Source: Octopus vulgaris
Lineage: Eukaryota
DNA: 64,000 nucleotides
NCBI GenBank assembly: GCA_951406725.2
Contig: OX597818.1
Coordinates: 71,982,001-72,046,000, forward strand
Reading direction: 5' to 3'
The notes under the pieces are model-generated. The model was not told the DNA's origin and searched no databases. It was given only the letters and a program-made list of their open reading frames with translations. Both the position numbers and the translations under genes were made by a program. Positions 54,330 through 64,000 of the stretch are shown here, in pieces; positions within the stretch are counted from its first letter, which is position 1; each line of letters opens with the position of its first letter.

Positions 54330-54683
54330 TCGTCGACTTTGCCTTTCATCATTTCAGGGATGATAAAATAAATGCCAATCGAACTCTTGGGTCGGTATAA
54401 TCGGCTTACTCCAGCACCAAAATTGCTGGCCTTGTGCCAAAATTTGAAATCAATATTTAGTCCTCCTAAGATGGTAAACTGACAGAATCGTTAACACACT
54501 GGGCAAAATGCTTACGGCGTCTCATCCGTCTTTACGTCCTGAGTTCAAGTCCCGCCGAGGTCAAGTTTACCCTTTATCCTTTCAGGGTGGGTAAAATCAG
54601 TACCAGTTCAACACTGGAGTCAATATAACCAACTTACCCCCTGCCCCCAAATTGCTGGCCTTGTGCAAAAATTTGAAACCAAT
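54330..54683 (+). mobile_element. two SINE family C copies in tandem
   Basis: Cores at ~54332 and ~54553; both end TTGCTGGCCTTGTGC.AAAATTTGAAA. Confidence 0.75.
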
Positions 54684-55266
54684 CTTTATGTCCCCTTCTC
54701 TTTCCCCCACCGATAAAGTAGGATGCTTAAAGGGTAAATTAATTTCAAATATATCTTGATGGAGCGATAATTTACAGTAACCTTAAGAGAAGGAAAATAG
54801 AAAGCAACAATAACAAGCACAAGTCATAGAAATTACTGAGAAGGCGACCCCAAACCCCTGATGACATTTGTTGCTAAACAGCCTCCGCCCACTATTTTTA
54901 GTGCGGGAGAAATAAACTCGCCTGAAACGTCATAAACACGAGTAAAAGCCTGAAACGTCATGTGTAGCTCTCGGAGGTCCGAGGTAGTTTTCTTCTCCCT
55001 TTTTTTTGCTTCTGTTATTATTTGCAGGGTTTTTTTTAATGTAAACCCACATCGTGGGTTTATGTAAACCCTTTCCCTTCAAAATTGCTGGCCTCTTAGA
55101 CATCTCTTTGTGGATTTTCGTACGGATTCTGTAAAAGGTTTTGAAGTAACAATATAATTAGGTGGGTGTTTCCAGTTAGCTTCTCCTATTGTACAGGAAA
55201 TTAGGAAATCGGTTTAAGAAGCTAACGAAATAGTCGTTATTTAAACACTGCTCCTACATATATGCA

Positions 55267-56287
<1,021 letters not shown>

Positions 56288-56292
56288 ATGTA

Positions 56293-56331
<39 letters not shown>

Positions 56332-56362
56332 ATGTATATATGTGTGTGTGTGTGTTTAAATA

Positions 56363-56602
56363 AATGCGCCCTTTTAAAGCTCATGGGCCCGGTTTCCCGG
56401 TTTCAATGGCGTATGTGTTCCCCAGCTGGACGGGACGACAGTCCATCGCAGCGTTACTCATTTTTGCCAGCTGAGTGGATTGGAGCAACGTGAAATGAAG
56501 TGTTTTGCTCAAGAACACGACGCGACGCCCGGTCCAGGAATCGAAACCACCATCTTACGATCATGATGTTGATACCCTAACCACTAAGCCACGCGCCTCC
56601 AC
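56363..56602 (-). mobile_element. SINE family D (tRNA-like head)
   Basis: Minus strand GGAGGCGCGTGGCTTAGTGGTTAGGG...GGTTTCGATTCC; related partial head at 56856. Confidence 0.8.
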
Positions 56603-57430
56603 TATATATAGTTATTTTAGCACAAGGCCAGCCCTATGGTATATAAGATTGTAATAATTACAGAATCATTAGCACGCTGAGCAAACTTCTTAGCGGCATT
56701 TTTCCGTCTTTATTTTCTGAGTTGAGATTCCGCGGAGGTCGCCTACTTTTAATCCTTTCGGGATTGATAAAATAAGCACCAGTTGAGCACTGGGGTCGAT
56801 ATTACCTTCATCCACGAAATTGCTGACTTTGTGCTAAAGTTATGTATATATAGTGAAGGTGCGTGGCTTAGTGGTTAGGGTATTTAGCAAAAATGAGTAG
56901 TACCTGTATTTCAAAGGTACTACTCATTCTGTGTCACGCTGAATCTCCCTGAGAACTACGTTAAGGGTACGCTTTTCTGTGGAGTGCTCAGCCACTTGCA
57001 GGATAATTTTACAAGAAGGCTGTTCCGGATCAACTGGAATTCTTGTCGTCGTAATTGACGGAGTGTATATGATTTATTTATAAATATATTCATACGTGCC
57101 TTGTGATTACTTTGGTTTTCTGAATCAGCGACAATTTGAGAGTTTTGTTAACGGGACCCACTACATTTCATTGATAGCCTAATATCCGATTTATCGTTAT
57201 ATTTTTATTTGTGTCTACATGCTACAGCTGCCCCAACTGGTTTTTAACACTAACTTCATGTATTTATTTCATCAATTATGTTTTACTTGCTAAAATATTC
57301 ATAACACTTCAGGTTTCACTTATAAAAAAAAAACCTTTTAAACATTAAAAAAGAAAAATAACACACACCCAAACAGTCAATAGAAACTTTTGAATATTTT
57401 GCAAGCTGCAAATATGTGTAGTCATCGGAG

Positions 57431-57530
57431 NNNNNNNNNNNNNNNNNNNNNNNNNNNNNNNNNNNNNNNNNNNNNNNNNNNNNNNNNNNNNNNNNNNNNN
57501 NNNNNNNNNNNNNNNNNNNNNNNNNNNNNN
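57431..57530. other. assembly gap (100 N)
   Basis: Run of N. Confidence 1.
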
Positions 57531-58267
57531 TTGAAATCATCCATCGACTAATATGTCCTTCAATTTTGTATAAAATAACGGATGGTTTGAGTGATATTTG
57601 GTTGCTATTTCTTGTATGGCATATCAATGTATTTTGCAATCCCCTTCCTCTTATTAGTTTCCTGTGATTTGAATGTCATTACATTGTTATTTCTAGCACC
57701 TCAGTGACATGACTATTTTGAGGTTACCACTTAGACCGAGCATATCCACTAGCCGCTAAAATTATCAGCTAAAACGAATATGTTTGCTATTAGAAATATA
57801 AAACAAGCAAAAAATATCGAAATAAAATTATTGAAAAACATTTACAGGTTAGATTTATTTTAAATATAGTTGATATCATTAATTGGAAATCCTGTTTCAT
57901 TACACGCAAAATTTATCGAAATGTATTTAATTGTCTCAGTAATTACAGTGTTAAAACAGATTATAGGTTTTAGCCGCTTGCAACAATCTAAAACGTAATA
58001 TAAATTAGCAATAGGACATTCACCAGGTGATTGTTTGGATTGTAATAGCTTGTTTCATTAACTGTGGATTATTTCTCTAATCTTTGATGACGTCATTACT
58101 GTCAGTAAAACGTAATTAGTCTAATATAATGCAATGACATATTTTATTAGTCCAGTGACCGAATACATCTATTTCACTTCCTTGCACCGATTTCACACAC
58201 TCAGCATTTCAAAACGATACCAGACAGCAGTGGCATATTTCCGAGGGTCGGCTAAAATGTTCATAGT

Positions 58268-59505
<1,238 letters not shown>

Positions 59506-59906
59506 GATTTCATTTATTTGTCATAAGGGCAAAGGATGAAAGGGACAATATAAAGACAGACATAAAGTGTGGGAGTTTACATAATACTTTTTTCTACTAT
59601 AAGTACAAGTTCTGAAATGTTGGTGGGCCTGACTAATCGATTATTTGCCCCAATGCTCGGCTGTTGAAAGACATTCGACCTCGGCGGAAGTTTTTACTTT
59701 GAGCTCATTTTTTCACTTCTTATAGAATAATAACAAAGTAAGTATTTTGACCTCGTGTTATTTCTGATCGATAAAATCTGTCTTTAGAAGCGTTCCACCC
59801 ACAAACATCTTGTCTTTTTATGTGAGTGTCTTCATTGTCCAATGAAATCAATCCTCTTTAAATATATATATAATGAGAAATATATATAGATGTGTGTGTG
59901 TTGTGC

Positions 59907-59963
<57 letters not shown>

Positions 59964-60400
59964 GTCGGTAGTGTGAAATTTCAGTATGGTTTTGCTGTTA
60001 ATTTCAGCATATTATACACTGCTTCGTCCACTCGACTGTATAAAAGGCAAATGGATTGAAAGGTAAAGGACTGGAATTTTAACTTTAGGTATTGTGTTTG
60101 TCTACCTACATACATTTTTGAGAAAATGTGGGAACATTTCCATTCTATCTATGACGTAGTTTATGATCATAGTAACCATCTGAATTATTAATACTTGTAA
60201 ATAATAATTGGCACTATTTATAGTAAGTTGTGATATCATACATGTTTATATATCACTTCCACTACGACGAAGATGGACACAACAATATACATTTCAGATT
60301 AATAGCTTTTCATAAAATTATACACGCATACTCATACACGTGTACATTGATATATAATACATGCATGCATACATACATACATACATACATACATACGTGA

Positions 60401-60440
<40 letters not shown>

Positions 60441-62152
60441 TCTATAGTCACAGCATCCTTCTAAGACAGGGATCCTCTGAAGTAAAGTACAAAGGACAAC
60501 AGGATAACGCCGTTAGTAGGAGAGATTGGGAAGGTGAAAGGAGAGAGTGAAGTGTAGTGTCGGAATGATACAGAGAAACTAAGGAGAAGTTAGTATAGGT
60601 ATACCTCCTATTCATAACAGGAGGAATTGACAGGCACAAGAAAGTAACAATTGAGAAATTAGCAATGAGCGACGGAGAAAGGAAAAGCGAATATTGATTA
60701 GTGAAAATTGAGAAAATTGAAAAAATGAGACAATGAAAAGGTGAGGCGGTGTGAACAGGTGAGATTTTAATAGATTACATGAACTGTACACGATCCTCTG
60801 AAGTGAAACTGCATTTCCGCGTGATTACTGAGTCGCCATCTCGCTTCGGCCTGCCACTCAGTACTAATCAAGGAGACTCAGAGTGGCACACTTGTTCTGC
60901 AAGCATTCATCACCATAATTCAGTGACGTATAGATGCTCCTCTATGGTGACCTCATTTGTCATTCGATTTAGTGTAAGTTCTACGTAGCTAGAAGAGTGG
61001 CGACGTTTACATACCTAACTAGTTGGGAGCAGATCTCACAGACCGCAGAACTTTTTATCGTACTTCCTTGTTCTGTGTTCCCGTGACATGCAGACAGGTA
61101 CCAGATCCTACAAAGTGACCCGATCAAACCAGAAACAATTACAGTCAGAAATGCTATTGACAACGAGGAAGTACAAAGACATGGCAATCGTCTATGAAGA
61201 TGATGCAATCAATACACACAAACGTACACACACATGTCCATGCCTAATATATAATAATAATATTTTTTCAAATGTCGGCACAAATTCGATAATTCTAAGT
61301 CAATGGTTTCTGTCAATTACTGCGACCTCTGCACTTCTCAGTATTTTTTATCGACTTCGAAAGGATGAGAGACGAAGTTCACCTCGGCTGTGTTTGAACG
61401 CAGAGCATAAAGTGTCAGGGGAAATGCTGCTAAGCGCTATTTCCAACACACCAGTATATCATAATATGAATAATAATAATTACTACTATATATGATTGCT
61501 ACCATATGTGTGTGTGCGTGAATGTGTGTGTGGATTGTATAAAGGGTACGAATACTAACAACATAGGAAGCAAACCCATATATACACACAGACACATATA
61601 TAGTAACTTCACAGACAGCCGTAACAATATCAATAACACGATCAACAAAGACAACAGGAACAGCAGTAACAACAATAGAAACAGTAACAACAACAACAAT
61701 AATCAATACCATAACAACTACCACGATGGCAGCAGCGTGAGGGAACACACAAACACTGAGGGATACAGGAACGGTACAAAAAGTAGGGTTCAAAGGCAGC
61801 AACAGCGGCAATGGAGGAGGGGACGGGGATGAAAAGTGGGTTAGAGTGCTATTAAGAACAGTGACAGACACACTCACATACACACACACAAACACAGACA
61901 CAAACGCATACAAAGATACCCGTAGAAGAACAGAATGGAATAAGCGGAGCAAGAGCACACACGAAGACGGAAAGTATCACTGAAGAGGTCGCAAATGTGT
62001 GACGAAAGATTTCCGGACATGACTTAGAAAGTGAACAGTAATAAACGAGTGAAGAACGAATATATAGTGCATGTATTTATTTGGCAACAACAACAACAAC
62101 AAAAAGATCATCCCGAAATACAACAATATATATACACACATTTATATGTATA

Positions 62153-62185
<33 letters not shown>

Positions 62186-62227
62186 GTTTGTGTGTGTGTA
62201 TGTGTGTGTATACACACACATACATGC

Positions 62228-62274
<47 letters not shown>

Positions 62275-62277
<3 letters not shown>

Positions 62278-63574
62278 GGGTTGGACAAAATAATGGAGAC
62301 ACCTTAAAATTTCAAACAAATTTATTTTAATAATGGAGTAGGACTACCTTTGGCAGTAATTACAGCTTGAATTCTACGAGCTATGGACTCTTACAAAGTT
62401 TGAATTGTTTCGAAAGGAATTTTTGTCCATTCTTCAGCTAAAACAGTCTGCAGTTCTTCCAGTGATGATTGTGCAGGATATCGACTCTTTAGTTGTTCTT
62501 CTGAAATGTTCAAAAATATTGAGATCGGGGGAGTGTGGTGGCCAGATAAGACGTTCAACTTCACTAGAATGTTCCTTGTGCCATTCAGTAAGAACTTTAG
62601 CAGTGTGAATTGGTGCGTTATCATCCTGAAAGATTGCGTTTCCCGCCGGAAACAGTTCCACAACCATAGGATGAATTTGATCAGATAAAATGATCAGATG
62701 AAATAGTCTTGATCAAATTAAATATTTGATCAGATTAAATAGTCTTGTCTATTAATTCTGCATTGAAAGGAAACCATTAGGCCGGTGGATTTCAGAGATA
62801 TAGTCCCCCACCCACCAGATCATCACAGATCTTTTTCCATGTTTAACAGTTGGAAGAAGGCAGTCTTAGTCAAATGCTTCTTTTGGCTGTCTCCACACGT
62901 ATACTCGGTCGGTGGTCGGAAATAAGGTAAAGGATGATTCATTCGAGAAAATAACATTCTTTCACTGCTCTAGGGACCAATTCTGTAGTTTTTTTTTACT
63001 CCACTCTAAACGCTTTGCAACGTTTGTTTTTGAAAGTAGCGGTTTTCTGGCTGAAGCCCTCCCGTGAAATCCGGCTTTGTGCAGCTCCTGGCGAACAGTT
63101 TTTGTGGAAACTGGGTTCTCGAGTTGGTCATTAAGCTCTGCAGTAATTTTGCGAGCTGTACTTTTGTGATCCTTTCTAACAATTCCCGTAAGAGTCCGAC
63201 GGTCCCTATCTCAAAGCTTTGGTCTTCTTCCGGAGTTTTACTTAGACGAAGAGGTTTTTTCAAAGGCTGTCATTACTTTTATAATAGTACTTCTTGATAC
63301 ATCATACATTTCGGCTGTTTTTATTACTCTAGCGCCTGCCATACGAGCACCAACAATTTGACCTCTTTGAAGTTCTGGTAGATCTGTCATTTTAATGAAT
63401 TTTAATTACCTTTTTCTGATGATATCTAAAAAGAATCAGCAATTTTAGAAAATATATTAAGCAACACTAATAATAACTAAAAAAACATAGAAATAAGCAT
63501 GCTTTTGACGGTTTTATAGATATTTCAAAATTATGATGCTATGACACCAGGTGTTTCCATTATTTTGTCCAACC

Positions 63575-63578
<4 letters not shown>
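62275..63578 (-). mobile_element. Tc1-like (DD34E) transposon, 1304 bp, degenerate transposase
   Basis: TIRs CAG(G/A)GGTTGGACAAAATAATGGA.ACACC flanked by TA; ATG at 63390 (MTDLPELQRGQIVGARMAG); FQDDNAPIH...WPPHSPDLNIFEH. Confidence 0.93.
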
Positions 63579-63611
<33 letters not shown>

Positions 63612-63624
63612 ATACAATAATAAT

Positions 63625-64000
63625 TCTTTCTACAGTAGCCATAAGGCCTGGAGTTTAGGGGAGCGGTATAGTCGATTACATCGACCCCAGTGTTTCATTG
63701 GTACTTAATCGACCCCGAAAGATAAAAGCCAAAGTCCATCTCAGCGAAATTTGATCTCAGAATGTAGCAACGGGCGAAATACCGCTAAGCATTTCGTCCA
63801 GTGTGCTAACGATTCTGCCAGTTCGCAGCCTTTGATTTCAATATAATAATAATGATCCTTTCTACCGTAAGCACAAGGCCTGAGATGTTGGGAAAGGGAT
63901 TAAATCGACTACATCGACCCCAGTGTGTAACTGGTACTTATTTAATTGACCCCGAAAGGATGAAAGGCAAAGTCGACCTAGGTGGAATTTGAACTCAGAA
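63625..64000 (-). mobile_element. two SINE family C copies (second runs off the window)
   Basis: ACATCGACCCCAGTG...GACCCCGAAAG...AAAGTC core at ~63680 and ~63912. Confidence 0.8.

Noticed and set aside
60760-61210. Possible exon
   Set aside because: Stops interrupt the frames; traces such as SRFGLPLS and VATFTYL hint at an ancient RTE-like RT remnant, too weak to annotate.

Overview
AT-rich eukaryotic DNA, intergenic or intronic, made almost entirely of microsatellites and transposable elements. The SINE set and repeat landscape look like an octopus (cephalopod) genome; this is inferred from memory of those repeats, not from a search. I found no convincing intact host gene, and most ORF-track entries are microsatellite translations. 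Content: four tRNA-like SINE families (called A-D here); Tx1-type (L1 clade) LINEs of at least two families; R4/Dong-like RLE LINEs; a Penelope-like element (RT + GIY-YIG) and several probable Penelope-derived inverted-repeat relics; Tc1/mariner transposons (DD34D, DD34E, DD37D); five non-autonomous Helitrons; and a 100-N scaffold gap. The main observation is apparent target-site partitioning among retrotransposons. One Tx1 group repeatedly sits at a single site (AAGAAGCTTGCTTCC) between the A and B boxes of an abundant SINE head, including a tandem stack with three target copies. A second Tx1 family sits in (ATCT)n, and the RLE elements sit in (TAA)n. Penelope termini carry minimal hammerhead-ribozyme-like motifs with a compensatory U3-A8 core. 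Coordinates were read by eye and may be off by a few bases.
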